Positions 41,431-51,948 of a DNA stretch of 64,000 nt are shown here, piece after piece. The DNA is from Chamaesiphon sp. (GTDB lineage: Bacteria; Cyanobacteriota; Cyanobacteriia; Cyanobacteriales; Chamaesiphonaceae). The notes beneath the pieces are model-generated. The model was not told where the DNA came from. It searched no databases and saw only the letters and a program-made list of their open reading frames with translations. Location of the stretch: contig CBDFFH010000053.1 in the NCBI GenBank assembly GCA_965246715.1, positions 1 through 64,000 on the forward strand, read 5' to 3'. The stretch's first letter is position 1, and the number at the start of each line of letters is the position of its first letter. The translations under genes and the position numbers were made by a program.

Positions 41431-41916
41431 TTAGCCTAAGCCAGAGCAGATATAGTCTAAGTAAACGCCCATTTCTTTACCAGCATCAGAACCAACTAAG
41501 CTAGCAGTAACTTCTTTGATCGCTTGGATTGCTTGAACTGTAGCAGCTACAGGTACGCCCAAGGAGTTGTAAGTTTCTTTTAAGCCGTTGAGTACGCGCT
41601 CATCCAAGATGGAAGGGTCGCCAGCTAGCATTGCATAGGTAGCATAACGGAGGTAGTAGTCTAAGTCGCGGATGCAAGCAGCATAACGACGAGTGGTGTA
41701 CATGTTACCACCGGGACGGGTGATATCAGAGTACAGCAAGGATTTAGCTACGGCTTCTTTAACGATCGTTGCAGCGTTTGCACTGATCGTACCAGCTGCA
41801 CGAACGCGGAGTTCGCCAGTCCCGAAGTAAGCTTTGAGCTTGTCGAGTGCGGTGGAGTCAAGGTATTTACCTTGAACGTCAGATGAATTGATAACAGAAG
41901 TAATTGCGTCTTGCAC
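41431..41916 (-). CDS. apcB: Allophycocyanin beta subunit (GTG start)
   Basis: [28 protein letters not shown]. Confidence 0.98.
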   Translation of the reverse strand: MQDAITSVINSSDVQGKYLDSTALDKLKAYFGTGELRVRAAGTISANAATIVKEAVAKSLLYSDITRPGGNMYTTRRYAACIRDLDYYLRYATYAMLAGDPSILDERVLNGLKETYNSLGVPVAATVQAIQAIKEVTASLVGSDAGKEMGVYLDYICSGLG

Positions 41917-41998
41917 GATCCTAAATTCCTTATTTAGTATTTAAGTTGCTTAATCTTTGGTTAGATAACCGAGTTGAAATGAGTTAACTAGTTTGGAA

Positions 41999-42484
41999 CT
42001 AGCTCATTGCACCGATTAGGTAGTCGAAGTAAGCACCAGCTTCAGCAGCGTCTTCACCAGACATCATCGCGGAAGCAGCATCTTTCATCGCCCGAACGCC
42101 ACCAGCAACGGCTTCGATGGGGGTACCTAAAGATCTGTACATTTCACGGACACCAACTACACCGATTTCTTCGATCGGAGTAACATCACCAGCAACCACA
42201 CCATAAGTGATGAGGCGGAGGTAATAGTCTAAGTCGCGCAAGCAAGTTGCAGTCATTTCTTCGCCGTAAGCGTTACCACCGGGGGAAACGACATCGGGAC
42301 GTTGTTGGAACAGTTTGTCGCCTGCACCTTTAACTAGACGCTCGCGCGAGTCAGTTAAGGTTTGAGCGATGCGGAGACGACGTTCGCCAGAAGTGACGAA
42401 AGTTTTGATCCGATCTAATTCGCCGGGACTCAAATAACGAGCTTCAGCATCTGCATTGACGATCGCTTTGGTGACGATACTCAT
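41999..42484 (-). CDS. apcA: Allophycocyanin alpha subunit
   Basis: [34 protein letters not shown]. Confidence 0.98.
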   Translation of the reverse strand: MSIVTKAIVNADAEARYLSPGELDRIKTFVTSGERRLRIAQTLTDSRERLVKGAGDKLFQQRPDVVSPGGNAYGEEMTATCLRDLDYYLRLITYGVVAGDVTPIEEIGVVGVREMYRSLGTPIEAVAGGVRAMKDAASAMMSGEDAAEAGAYFDYLIGAMS

Positions 42485-42686
42485 TGTGGGACTACTCCAA
42501 AAAGTTTGTTACCAGACTTGTGATTAACTGGCTGATGCCAGTGGGTCTGAGCTTAAATTATAGTAGCTTATAAAATATATAAGTTAGGCTATGACTCAGG
42601 TGCCTTCCGCAAACATTTTGCGATATTATGACTGGTTTCTGAGTACATTCTTAATAGTTTGTAACGATCGGGGCGTTGGCGAGGGC

Positions 42687-42719
42687 AGATCCCCGACTTC
42701 TGTGAGAAGTCGGGGATCT
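42687..42719. repeat. Palindromic repeat (ccccgacttct family)
   Basis: 15-bp arms agatccccgacttct / agaagtcggggatct. Confidence 0.8.
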
Positions 42720-42782
42720 CGCAGTAACTGCTTACATTCGAGTTTAAACTAGAAAGACTCGACACCTACTATAGTTTTGGCT

Positions 42783-43865
42783 ATGACTGAGAATGCGCTG
42801 CCACATCAGGAATATACTGCTGCGATCGATCGAGTCAGTTTACTAGCAGAGCAGCTAGAAAATGCAGAACCAGCACGACGAGAGGAGATTCAGGCAGCGA
42901 TTCATCGGTTAATCGCTCAAGCTGCCGATCTGTCTATGACAGATGAGGAAAAGCAATTTCGAGATGATTTTATCAAGCATAATGTCGATTTGATGGAGAA
43001 TGTGGTTATTCCTACTCAAGAATTTGTTTATCAAGCGACAAAAGTGATCGTACAGCAACGAAAACGTGATATTCAACCTCGATTATATGAGTTTGAATCT
43101 ATTACTTTTGATGGACAGACTATCTATAAGATTCCTCACCAAGGACGACATTTTACGGAAGATTTAGGTGTAAACATAGCATTGGAGATGGTTTGTATTC
43201 AGTCTGGCAGTTTTTTGATGGGCGATCCACCGCAAAAAGATTATGCCTGTTGGATACCCCAACATTTAGTGACAGTACCAGCATTCTCGATCGGTAAATT
43301 TGCTATTACTCAAGCACGATGGGTTGCAATAATGGAACATAATCTATCATCAAATGTAGGGAGCGATCGTTTGCCCGTTGATAATGTCTCTTGGGATGAT
43401 GCCAATGAATTTTGTCAGCGATTGTCATTGTATACGGGACGAAAATATCGATTACCTAGCGAGGCTGAGTGGGAGTATGCTTGTCGAGCAGGCACAACCA
43501 CCGCTTACAGTTGGGGCGATGAGATCGATCGAAGGATTGTTAATTATTTTGACTTAGATCCTGATAATGAGGAGAAATTTGGGACTAAGCCTGTCGGTCG
43601 CTACGATCCAAATGCCTTTGGTTTATATGATATGCATGGCAATGTTTTTGAATTATGCCAAGACCGATGGCATTATGACTATGAAGGTGCTCCAAATGAC
43701 GGCAGTGCTTGGATCGATCGAGCAGAAAATCCTGAAAGGATCGTAATTAGGGGTGGCTCCTTTGACTACTATGAAGATAATTGTCGATCGTCATACCGAA
43801 GTGAAACAGATCGAGAATATCGATATCATGGTACTGGTTTTCGAGTAGTTAGCAATGCTGTATAG
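42783..43865 (+). CDS. FGE-sulfatase (formylglycine-generating enzyme / CLec-fold) domain protein
   Basis: RLPSEAEWEYACRAGT, NAFGLYDMHGNV, RGGS, GFRVV. Confidence 0.9.
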   Translation: MTENALPHQEYTAAIDRVSLLAEQLENAEPARREEIQAAIHRLIAQAADLSMTDEEKQFRDDFIKHNVDLMENVVIPTQEFVYQATKVIVQQRKRDIQPRLYEFESITFDGQTIYKIPHQGRHFTEDLGVNIALEMVCIQSGSFLMGDPPQKDYACWIPQHLVTVPAFSIGKFAITQARWVAIMEHNLSSNVGSDRLPVDNVSWDDANEFCQRLSLYTGRKYRLPSEAEWEYACRAGTTTAYSWGDEIDRRIVNYFDLDPDNEEKFGTKPVGRYDPNAFGLYDMHGNVFELCQDRWHYDYEGAPNDGSAWIDRAENPERIVIRGGSFDYYEDNCRSSYRSETDREYRYHGTGFRVVSNAV

Positions 43866-43958
43866 AGTAGCTTTGAAAATGACGTTTTGGGATGATTGAG
43901 AGCGAATTTTATTCGATATACATAAATAAAATTAATTTACACAAGAGTTGCAAACTGT

Positions 43959-44849
43959 ATGGCCGATATTCCTTTTTTGATTCTGGATGTTTTTGCTTCG
44001 GCTAAATACACGGGCAATCAATTGGCTGTTTGTTTAGATGCTGGAGACTTAACGGATCTTCAGATGCAGCAGATCGCGCGCGAGATTAATTTTTCAGAAA
44101 CGACGTTCGTTACCAGCTCAGTGCCAATTAATGGGGGTTACGACACGCGGATTTTTACACCCATGACAGAATTACCATTTGCTGGACATCCTACATTAGG
44201 AACGGCATTTGCCATCCAGCAGGAGGTGATTAGACAATCGATCGATCGAGTCAATCTCAACTATCAAGTCGGGCAAATTCCAGTTGATTTTAATTACCGC
44301 AATGGCTCGCCAGATATTTTGTGGATGCACCAGCAGCAACCGCAATTTTACGATGCACTCTCGGCTGAGACGCTAGCTAAAGTTATTGGCGTAGCTGCGT
44401 CCGACATCGATGCGCGTTATCCGATCGAACCTGTATCCACAGGGTTACCATTTATAATAGTCCCGCTGACAAATATCGCAGCGGTAATTCGGGCAAAATT
44501 AAATCTGGATCTGTACGAGCGAGTAGTTGCTGACTTACCAGCACAGGCGATCTTAGTCTTTTGCGCCGAATCGATCGATCCGCAGTGTCAGTTACACGTT
44601 CGCGTATTTACCGAATGTTTTGGGATTCCTGAAGATCCAGCAACGGGTAGTGCTAATGGGTGTCTAGCGGCTTACCTAGCTAAATATCGGTATTTTGGCA
44701 GTTCGGATGTAGACATTACCGTCGAACAGGGTGTGGAGATGGGGCGGAATTCACGTCTATATCTGCGCGCTCGACAGACAGAAGCTAGCTACTCGGTTAG
44801 TGTTGGCGGTCGTGTGGTGCAGATTGCCACAGGCGAATTTATTCGGTAA
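43959..44849 (+). CDS. PhzF-family isomerase
   Basis: GNQLAV, NFSETTF, ELPFAGHPT, EDPATGSA. Confidence 0.92.
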   Translation: MADIPFLILDVFASAKYTGNQLAVCLDAGDLTDLQMQQIAREINFSETTFVTSSVPINGGYDTRIFTPMTELPFAGHPTLGTAFAIQQEVIRQSIDRVNLNYQVGQIPVDFNYRNGSPDILWMHQQQPQFYDALSAETLAKVIGVAASDIDARYPIEPVSTGLPFIIVPLTNIAAVIRAKLNLDLYERVVADLPAQAILVFCAESIDPQCQLHVRVFTECFGIPEDPATGSANGCLAAYLAKYRYFGSSDVDITVEQGVEMGRNSRLYLRARQTEASYSVSVGGRVVQIATGEFIR

Positions 44850-45169
44850 GAGTGACTTTGTTGGTACTGAGTGGGTGAGGGTGGGCTTTGGTTGAAAATT
44901 GTCAGTTAGTTACGGGGACTATTTACATCCATCTGCCCCTACATTAGATCTCGACGGGGAAGGCTATAATTCTTTAGTGACAACAGTTATTGCCACCATC
45001 TACTCTTTACGATCCACTATTTGCCGACCGACCCTTTGCGGAAATCTGAGAATTACGTTAAATTTAATTAAGATATATTTTGGTAAATTTTTAAACAGTT
45101 TATTTAAAAAATAATTTTAAGACAAGTCGCTCGATCGATCCTTCCCCCTAACCAAAGGCAAACAAAAAT

Positions 45170-47056
45170 ATGAAGTTTTCGTGGAAACTAGCAGTACTGT
45201 GGGCGATTCCCGCTCTGACGATCGGCTTTTTCGTCTGGCAAGGTGCATTTGCCCCCGTCACCGCTGAAGTTGGTAAAAATACCGCGAGTACGCGGATGAC
45301 CTATGGTAGATTCCTGGAGTATCTCGATGCCAATCGGGTCAAAGCAGTCGATCTGTATGATGGTGGTAGAACGGCGATCGTCGAAGCCATCGATCCAGAT
45401 CTAGAAAATCGGATGCAACGCTTGCGAGTCGATTTACCTAATAACTCGCCAGAATTGATTTCGAGATTGCGCGACTCCAATATCTCCTTTGATAGTCACC
45501 CCGTCCGTAATGATGGTGCCGTCTGGGGTTTCCTCGGTAACCTAGTATTCCCAGTCTTATTAATTAGCGGTCTATTCTTACTCTTCCGCCGTTCCAACAA
45601 TATGCCTGGTGGCCCTGGTCAAGCGATGAACTTTGGTAAATCCAAAGCTAAGTTTCAGATGGATGCCAAAACTGGCGTGATGTTTGACGATGTGGCAGGG
45701 ATTGCTGAAGCCAAAGAAGAATTGCAAGAAGTCGTTACCTTCCTCAAACAACCCGAACGGTTTACGGCTGTCGGTGCCAAGATTCCTAAAGGTGTCTTGT
45801 TAGTCGGCCCTCCAGGTACCGGTAAAACCCTGCTCGCCAAAGCGATCGCGGGTGAAGCTGGCGTACCATTCTTTAGTATCTCTGGTTCGGAATTTGTGGA
45901 AATGTTTGTCGGTGTGGGTGCATCCCGCGTCCGCGACTTGTTCAAAAAAGCGAAAGAAAACGCTCCTTGTATCATCTTTATCGATGAAATCGATGCTGTC
46001 GGTCGCCAACGTGGTGCTGGTATCGGTGGTGGTAACGACGAGCGCGAACAAACTTTGAACCAAATGCTCACCGAGATGGATGGGTTTGAAGGCAATACGG
46101 GGATTATTATTATCGCTGCTACCAACCGTCCTGACGTGTTAGATTCGGCACTATTACGTCCCGGCCGATTCGATCGTCAAGTTCAGGTAGATCCACCTGA
46201 TGTTGCTGGGCGGATTGAAATCCTCAACGTTCACGCACGGAATAAGAAATTAGGCGAGGACATTTCCTTAGAAGCGATCGCGCGCCGGACTCCTGGTTTC
46301 AGTGGTGCTGACTTAGCTAACTTGCTAAATGAAGCTGCAATTCTCACCGCTCGTCGTCGCAAAGACGCGATTTCTAACCTTGAAATCGATGATGCGGTAG
46401 ACCGTGTAGTTGCTGGGATGGAAGGTACGCCACTGATCGATGGTAAGAGCAAACGTCTGATCGCCTACCATGAAGTCGGTCACGCGATCGTCGCAACCCT
46501 CGTACCCGCTCACGATCCACTTCAGAAAGTCACGCTGATCCCACGCGGACAAGCTCAAGGCTTGACTTGGTTCACACCTTCGGAAGATCAATCATTGATT
46601 TCGCGGACACAATTACGCGCACGGATTACGGGTGCGCTCGGCGGACGCGCAGCAGAAGAAGTAATCTTCGGCGACTCGGAAGTAACCACTGGTGCTGGCG
46701 GAGACTTACAACAAGTCACTTCGATGGCGCGGCAGATGGTAACACGGTTTGGGATGTCCAAACTCGGCCCGCTCTCACTCGAAAGCCAATCCGGTGAAGT
46801 CTTCCTTGGTGGTAACTGGGGTGCTAAATCTGAATATTCAGAAGAAATTGCTACCCAAATCGACAAAGAAGTCCGTAGCATTGTCGCGCAGTCGCATCAA
46901 GAAGCACTGACAATCATGCGTGAAAATCGTACGGTAATCGATCGATTGGTGGATCTCTTAATCGAGAAAGAAACGATCGATGGTGAAGAATTCCGTCAAA
47001 TCGTCGCGGAATACCGTGTCGTACCTGAAAAGCCTCAGTTTGCCCCAATGCTGTAG
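45170..47056 (+). CDS. ftsH: ATP-dependent zinc metalloprotease FtsH (FtsH2-like)
   Basis: GPPGTGKT, second region of homology, HEVGH; cyanobacterial lumenal domain [11 protein letters not shown]. Confidence 0.97.
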   Translation: MKFSWKLAVLWAIPALTIGFFVWQGAFAPVTAEVGKNTASTRMTYGRFLEYLDANRVKAVDLYDGGRTAIVEAIDPDLENRMQRLRVDLPNNSPELISRLRDSNISFDSHPVRNDGAVWGFLGNLVFPVLLISGLFLLFRRSNNMPGGPGQAMNFGKSKAKFQMDAKTGVMFDDVAGIAEAKEELQEVVTFLKQPERFTAVGAKIPKGVLLVGPPGTGKTLLAKAIAGEAGVPFFSISGSEFVEMFVGVGASRVRDLFKKAKENAPCIIFIDEIDAVGRQRGAGIGGGNDEREQTLNQMLTEMDGFEGNTGIIIIAATNRPDVLDSALLRPGRFDRQVQVDPPDVAGRIEILNVHARNKKLGEDISLEAIARRTPGFSGADLANLLNEAAILTARRRKDAISNLEIDDAVDRVVAGMEGTPLIDGKSKRLIAYHEVGHAIVATLVPAHDPLQKVTLIPRGQAQGLTWFTPSEDQSLISRTQLRARITGALGGRAAEEVIFGDSEVTTGAGGDLQQVTSMARQMVTRFGMSKLGPLSLESQSGEVFLGGNWGAKSEYSEEIATQIDKEVRSIVAQSHQEALTIMRENRTVIDRLVDLLIEKETIDGEEFRQIVAEYRVVPEKPQFAPML

Positions 47057-47083
47057 AATTACTCCGCTCTTCTAATTATCAAG

Positions 47084-47115
47084 AAGCCCCGATCGTCTAA
47101 CGATCGGGGCTTTTT
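47084..47115 (+). terminator. Rho-independent terminator of ftsH
   Basis: aagccccgatcgt / acgatcggggctt stem plus T-run. Confidence 0.8.
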
Positions 47116-47126
47116 ATTACTCCAAA

Positions 47127-47306
47127 AAATCCCCTCCTCGGATGGGTGCCCGTAGGGTGGGGTGGGTAGATCTCCGCCACCCACAAATCATCTCCCAACT
47201 ATCTCAACCCCTAACAGGCTGGCAGAGAATAAATGGATGGTTCGATCGATCGAAGTTGAGAGATTGGTGCGAAGGTGGTGAACCCACCCCTCCGAGGAGG
47301 GGATTT
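47127..47306. repeat. Inverted pair of REP-like modules (REPIN/MITE-like, 180 bp)
   Basis: 16-bp terminal IR aaatcccctcctcgga / tccgaggaggggattt; related to 12465-12503. Confidence 0.7.
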
Positions 47307-47319
47307 ATATGCGGAGAAT

Positions 47320-47435
47320 TGAATATTTTGGAGCCAGTCTTCTACTCTGGAGTGGGGTGATTCGCGATGGCGTTGGTCGTTGTAATTGAGCAAATACTGA
47401 TGGAGCCACTGATTAGCTTCTACTTCGGTCTCAAG
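47320..47435 (-). pseudogene. Transposase/integrase fragment (IS481-like)
   Basis: Translates ETEVEANQWLHQYLLNYNDQRHRESPHSRVEDWLQNI, resembling an rve-type transposase segment (from recall). Confidence 0.5.
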
Positions 47436-47603
47436 TGACTGGATAGTTGCAGCTAATGTGGTCTCAAAATTGCGATGATTGTGGTCTGGAGTGATTAGTA
47501 TTGTGGGTCGCTACACTTAGCGATCGATTGGCAATACAAAAGGGGCACATTGGATGTGCCTCTTCGATCGGTCGAGTTACAAATAGTAACTTATTTGCCT
47601 AAT

Positions 47604-49196
47604 CTAATCCTTAGTTACGCCTTTATCTCGCAACCGTTTGGCAGTCTCTTCAGCCGTAGGAGCGGCGGGATTGAGTCGGTTGTGGCTGGCAGACTCTTCG
47701 AGCAGATCGTGACGAGTATAGGCTTCATCTGGCTGCGGGTAGAGCGATGGATCGATCTGCAATCGATCGCGTGGTTCGAGCTGATACCAACCATACCAAT
47801 TGCGGGCAACCAGCCACAGGATCGACATCAACCCAGCGATGCTTAAAATGATTCCCCGATAACCTAGCAGAAAGCCAAACACGGGCACGATCGCACCTGC
47901 AATTGTGCAAATTATTGCCGCGAGTGAAATCCGCCAGTTACCGCGACCCAGACCCCAGACTAAAGCTAAAAGGGCGATCGAAATCCCCCCCCAGACATAC
48001 AGTGACTCAGTCAGGCGACTGAAATAAGTTAGTGCAAACATCCCGGCAAAAAAAACAAACCCCGAGATGGCGATATTTGGCAAGCGCATCGGGATCGAAA
48101 AGCATAACAACGTCACCCACCACAAGAAAATTCCCGGTGCAAGGACTAATAGCAGCGGTAATTTTCCAGTTGGAACGGCGACGGGCGCGGCAACGGATAC
48201 CCCAAAAGGTTTTTGGACTGAGGCATTGCGATTGAATGCCCAGGTAAAGATTTTGCTATCGTCCTTTTTGACATCGACTTTGGTAGGCACGACACCGCTG
48301 ACAAAATCGATGCGGGGGACTTTAGTGACGATCGACATCCGGAAATTAGCCAGCGAGCCATCTTTGGCACTATAGACCCATTGGGGTGAGCCTTGAGCTA
48401 GATAGCTGACTCGCAATTTGCTGATGCTACCAGGAGCGATTTGGAGCGGGAAGTTATACTCACCAGGATTGGTCGCTGTCAATCTCTTACCATCGCGTTC
48501 GACGGTAAAGTTTTGGAGGAGCGAATATCCCGATGGTGGCGCGATTTTAAACGCAAATCGATCGGTCGTGCCGACGGGATTGGTAATTTGATAATCCCCT
48601 TTGAAATCAATTAAATAATTATTGAGATCGCCAGTTTTGGTGGGGGTGGGAGTGATAACGACTTGGAGATTGGAACCGCTCACTGATGTCTGGCGCGTCA
48701 CATCTTTTTTATCTTGGACTTTGACTAACTTGCCACCGAGTTGGGTGGTGTAGATATAAGGTTCCTGACTGGTATAAGTAACCTGGGGCGAAGCTTGTTG
48801 GACTACTTCTTCACCAGCGATATCTGGTGTTTTCTGCGCCAATCGCGCTTGCTCCCAACTGCTCTGGCGATGGGCTAGCGTCGAACACAGTAAAAATCCC
48901 ATCAGTAGTAGAATCGCGACTACGACTGTCTGCTGCAATCCCCGCAATAATTGAGCTGAGTGGATCGCCCAATCACCAAAGACAACATTGCGCTCTTGGG
49001 GCGAGTTGCGCATTGAAAAGTTGACTAAAGCCATGCCTGCACCCAAGCCGATCGCGAGGACAACAAAAATCGCGATTGCGATCGGTAATTGACTCGCAAC
49101 CTGGTTCAGCGATTGCGGCTGAGTTAGATCCGGTAAGCCTGTCTGGGCGATCTGACAAGATCGCCCAAGTATATCTATATTAGTAACGATTGGCAT
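47604..49196 (-). CDS. Hypothetical multi-pass membrane protein (CreD-like architecture)
   Basis: N-terminal TM helices, a large soluble domain, about 6 C-terminal TM helices. Confidence 0.65.
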   Translation of the reverse strand: MPIVTNIDILGRSCQIAQTGLPDLTQPQSLNQVASQLPIAIAIFVVLAIGLGAGMALVNFSMRNSPQERNVVFGDWAIHSAQLLRGLQQTVVVAILLLMGFLLCSTLAHRQSSWEQARLAQKTPDIAGEEVVQQASPQVTYTSQEPYIYTTQLGGKLVKVQDKKDVTRQTSVSGSNLQVVITPTPTKTGDLNNYLIDFKGDYQITNPVGTTDRFAFKIAPPSGYSLLQNFTVERDGKRLTATNPGEYNFPLQIAPGSISKLRVSYLAQGSPQWVYSAKDGSLANFRMSIVTKVPRIDFVSGVVPTKVDVKKDDSKIFTWAFNRNASVQKPFGVSVAAPVAVPTGKLPLLLVLAPGIFLWWVTLLCFSIPMRLPNIAISGFVFFAGMFALTYFSRLTESLYVWGGISIALLALVWGLGRGNWRISLAAIICTIAGAIVPVFGFLLGYRGIILSIAGLMSILWLVARNWYGWYQLEPRDRLQIDPSLYPQPDEAYTRHDLLEESASHNRLNPAAPTAEETAKRLRDKGVTKD

Positions 49197-49362
49197 TGTA
49201 ATTCCCTATAAAAGTTTAGTTATGTGCGAATTTCTCAGAGCTGCAAGGATCTGAGTGTAGCTTGCCAGTTGACGATCGCTCACTCGATCGCCTGAAAATT
49301 TTGTATTTAATTTTACCACTGGCGTACCCGTACTGCCATGTACAGATTGGATGTACTCTAAA

Positions 49363-50214
49363 CTACACGGTTGATGGCTCGATAATTGTCGTGTGATAAC
49401 TGCCAAAGTTCTTTACAGTTTCGGCATAGGCATCTAAGTCGGCGAGTGCGGATTTGAGTGCGCGACAATCGATGTCGGTTTCGATATCGATAAAAAATAA
49501 ATAGTCACCCAGCGATCGCTTGCTCGGACGCGATTCGATCCGGCTCAAATTTAGACCTCGACTGGCAAAGAAGCCCAAAGCTGTCATCAAGCCGCCAGGA
49601 GCATTCGATCGCAAGCTAAATGCAACCGAAGTACAATTGCCAATGGGCGATGGTTGCAACCCGATCGCCCAAAATTTAGTTTGGTTATCTGGATAATCAT
49701 TAATTGGATGGACTAGTACTGGGAGCTGATACAGCTTTGCCGCTCGTACCGAAGAAATTGCTGCTGCCTGCGGGAGATTTGCCAGGGTTTTGAGAGCTGC
49801 GGTAGTAGAATTTTCGGGAATCCGCATTGCTTGTGATAAATTCAGCTGCAACCATTCTTGACATTGACTCAGCGCTTGAGGATGAGAATAAACTGTCTGG
49901 ATCTGGCGGATGTCGGTGGCAATTGAAATTAACGCGTGAGAGATCGGTAAAACGATTGCTTGTTGGATTTGCAGCGATGCTACTAGTTGCCAGGTAGTAT
50001 CGAGCGTCATCGTGACACTGCCTTCGATCGAGTTTTCTACTGGCACGATCGCAAGTTCCACGTCTCCAGCGGCTACGGCTTTGAGTGTTTGGGCGATATT
50101 GGGATATGGCTGTAACCGGAAATCGTCACCGGAGATATATCGCTCGGCATAAGCTAAAGCTGCCGCTTCGGCATAAGTACCTGTCGGCCCCAAGTGGGCG
50201 ATGGTTAAAGTCAT
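49363..50214 (-). CDS. pheA: Prephenate dehydratase
   Basis: LGPTGTY, VPVENSIEG, SHPQALSQC, IESRP, ACT domain. Confidence 0.95.
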   Translation of the reverse strand: MTLTIAHLGPTGTYAEAAALAYAERYISGDDFRLQPYPNIAQTLKAVAAGDVELAIVPVENSIEGSVTMTLDTTWQLVASLQIQQAIVLPISHALISIATDIRQIQTVYSHPQALSQCQEWLQLNLSQAMRIPENSTTAALKTLANLPQAAAISSVRAAKLYQLPVLVHPINDYPDNQTKFWAIGLQPSPIGNCTSVAFSLRSNAPGGLMTALGFFASRGLNLSRIESRPSKRSLGDYLFFIDIETDIDCRALKSALADLDAYAETVKNFGSYHTTIIEPSTV

Positions 50215-50510
50215 AGCCAATTTACAATATTTTACTCAAGGCGATCTTTAATTTCAGGGTGCCGATCGTCGTGAAGATAGTGGCGCGTTCGATGCTCTCG
50301 GAGCACGATCGATCTCAGCTATTTTAATTGGAAATCTCGATCGTGAGTGCGATAAAATTTTAGATAGGTTTATTTTAGCCTAACTAGCAGAAACTAACTA
50401 AAACCGCTGTGAGATTCTAATTTTTAGATATTTGTTAGCTCGATCGATTCGCTACAAAATCGATCGGTCAGCTTATTAAGATCGCTCGTTTAAATATTAT
50501 TGCTGTACAT

Positions 50511-51095
50511 ATGTCAATTGTTAAATTTAGCGCAGATCGATCGGTGGAAATCGCCGTACCGAGCCAGCCTGTCCCCATTCAACATTATCTCCGTCAGCCG
50601 CATCGATTGATTAGCGCTCTGGTCGATCCCAATCGCGTCAAGCAGGTGAGTGAGGATGAATTTTGCCTAACGATGCGGACGATTAGTTTTTGTGGATTTA
50701 ATATTCAGCCGACAGTTTTTTTGCGGGTCTGGGTTGAGGCAGATGGTACTGTCAGAGTAGTTTCTACTAATTGTGAAATTCGTGGCATCGATTATATCGA
50801 TCGGCGGTTTAGTCTTCAACTTATGGGTAAATTATCCCCTTACGAACGACAAGGGCAGATCTATCTCCAAGGACGTGCCGATCTCGAAGTCCAAGTCGAT
50901 CTGCCGCCACCATTAAGTTTCACGCCGCAAGCGATCGTCGAATCAGCCGGAAATAGTTTGCTCAAAAGCATTCTGACTACTTTCAAGCAACGCTTGGGAC
51001 ATCAGTTAATTGCTGATTATGTTGCCTGGTCGCAGACTACCTCTGCACTCGATCCGCTCCCGATTTTAGACGGGAAATCGCTCGGGGAAATTTAA
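50511..51095 (+). CDS. DUF1997 protein
   Basis: PIQHYLRQPHRL, LQGRADLEV, GNSLLKSIL. Confidence 0.85.
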   Translation: MSIVKFSADRSVEIAVPSQPVPIQHYLRQPHRLISALVDPNRVKQVSEDEFCLTMRTISFCGFNIQPTVFLRVWVEADGTVRVVSTNCEIRGIDYIDRRFSLQLMGKLSPYERQGQIYLQGRADLEVQVDLPPPLSFTPQAIVESAGNSLLKSILTTFKQRLGHQLIADYVAWSQTTSALDPLPILDGKSLGEI

Positions 51096-51731
51096 CGATC
51101 GATCGCCATTAGAAAGAACATGACAGGGACTAAATGACTGGCGATGTTCGCAGGTAATCCCATAGCGCTCGATCGCGCTTAAATGTTTGGCAGTACCATA
51201 GCCTTTATTATTGGCAAGATCGTACATTGGATAGACGAGCGCCAACTCGGATATCAATCGATCGCGCCACACCTTCGCTAGAATACTTGCAGCGGCAATC
51301 GAGACCGCGCGATCTTCGCCTTTAACTAGAGTCTGTTGAGGAATATTTAAATTGGGAATCTCACGGTTGCCATCGACCAAGCATAATTCTGGGAGCGTTT
51401 CTAATCCCAAAATCGCCCGATGCATCGCGACCAAACTTGCTTGCAGAATATTCAGCTCGTCGATTTCAGCAACTGTTGCCACGCCGATATGATACGCGAT
51501 CGCGGCTTGATGGATTTGTGGCACCAACCGTTCGCGACGGCTGGCTGAGAGTTTTTTACTATCTTTGATGCCCCAATCAGCACACTCAGCAATAATTGCT
51601 TTGGGCAAAATTACTGCTGCTGCCACCACTACCCCAAATAATGCACCCCTACCGACCTCATCGATACCAGCGATGAGATCTGCTTGAGAGGTGAATTCAT
51701 AACCGCTCGAGTGAGTTGGGGTAAGAGGCAT
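51066..51731 (-). CDS. rnhB: Ribonuclease HII
   Basis: AGIDEVGRG, DSKKL, LVDG, AAASILAKV, KGYGT. Confidence 0.96.
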   Translation of the reverse strand: MPLTPTHSSGYEFTSQADLIAGIDEVGRGALFGVVVAAAVILPKAIIAECADWGIKDSKKLSASRRERLVPQIHQAAIAYHIGVATVAEIDELNILQASLVAMHRAILGLETLPELCLVDGNREIPNLNIPQQTLVKGEDRAVSIAAASILAKVWRDRLISELALVYPMYDLANNKGYGTAKHLSAIERYGITCEHRQSFSPCHVLSNGDRSLNFPERFPV

Positions 51732-51770
51732 GAGCAATAGCAAAAATAACCAAGCAGCTAAGAACTACCC

Positions 51771-51900
51771 CAATACTTCTCGGTTAAGAACTGCTAGCGA
51801 CTGAAGTCGCCGCTAGTGAAGCCAAGTCCGGTTGTTGCCGCTCGCGGCAAAAGCCTGCCTACTCGGACTAACTAGTTTTTAGATTAACCGAGAAGTATTA
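51771..51900. mobile_element. MITE (130 bp) with 16-bp terminal IRs and a 10-bp target duplication
   Basis: aatacttctcggttaa / ttaaccgagaagtatt; flanks agaactaccc (51761) and agaactactc (51901). Confidence 0.85.
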
Positions 51901-51948
51901 AGAACTACTCTATTTTCACATATTCTGATCATCCACTTTAACTGTCGC

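Noticed and set aside
45655..46881. Antisense and alternative-frame ORFs within ftsH (similar ones in rne, uvrC and others)
   Set aside because: Shadow ORFs expected from codon bias, with no motifs
51066..51095. 30-nt convergent overlap between rnhB and the DUF1997 gene
   Set aside because: Short tail overlap with no sign of function
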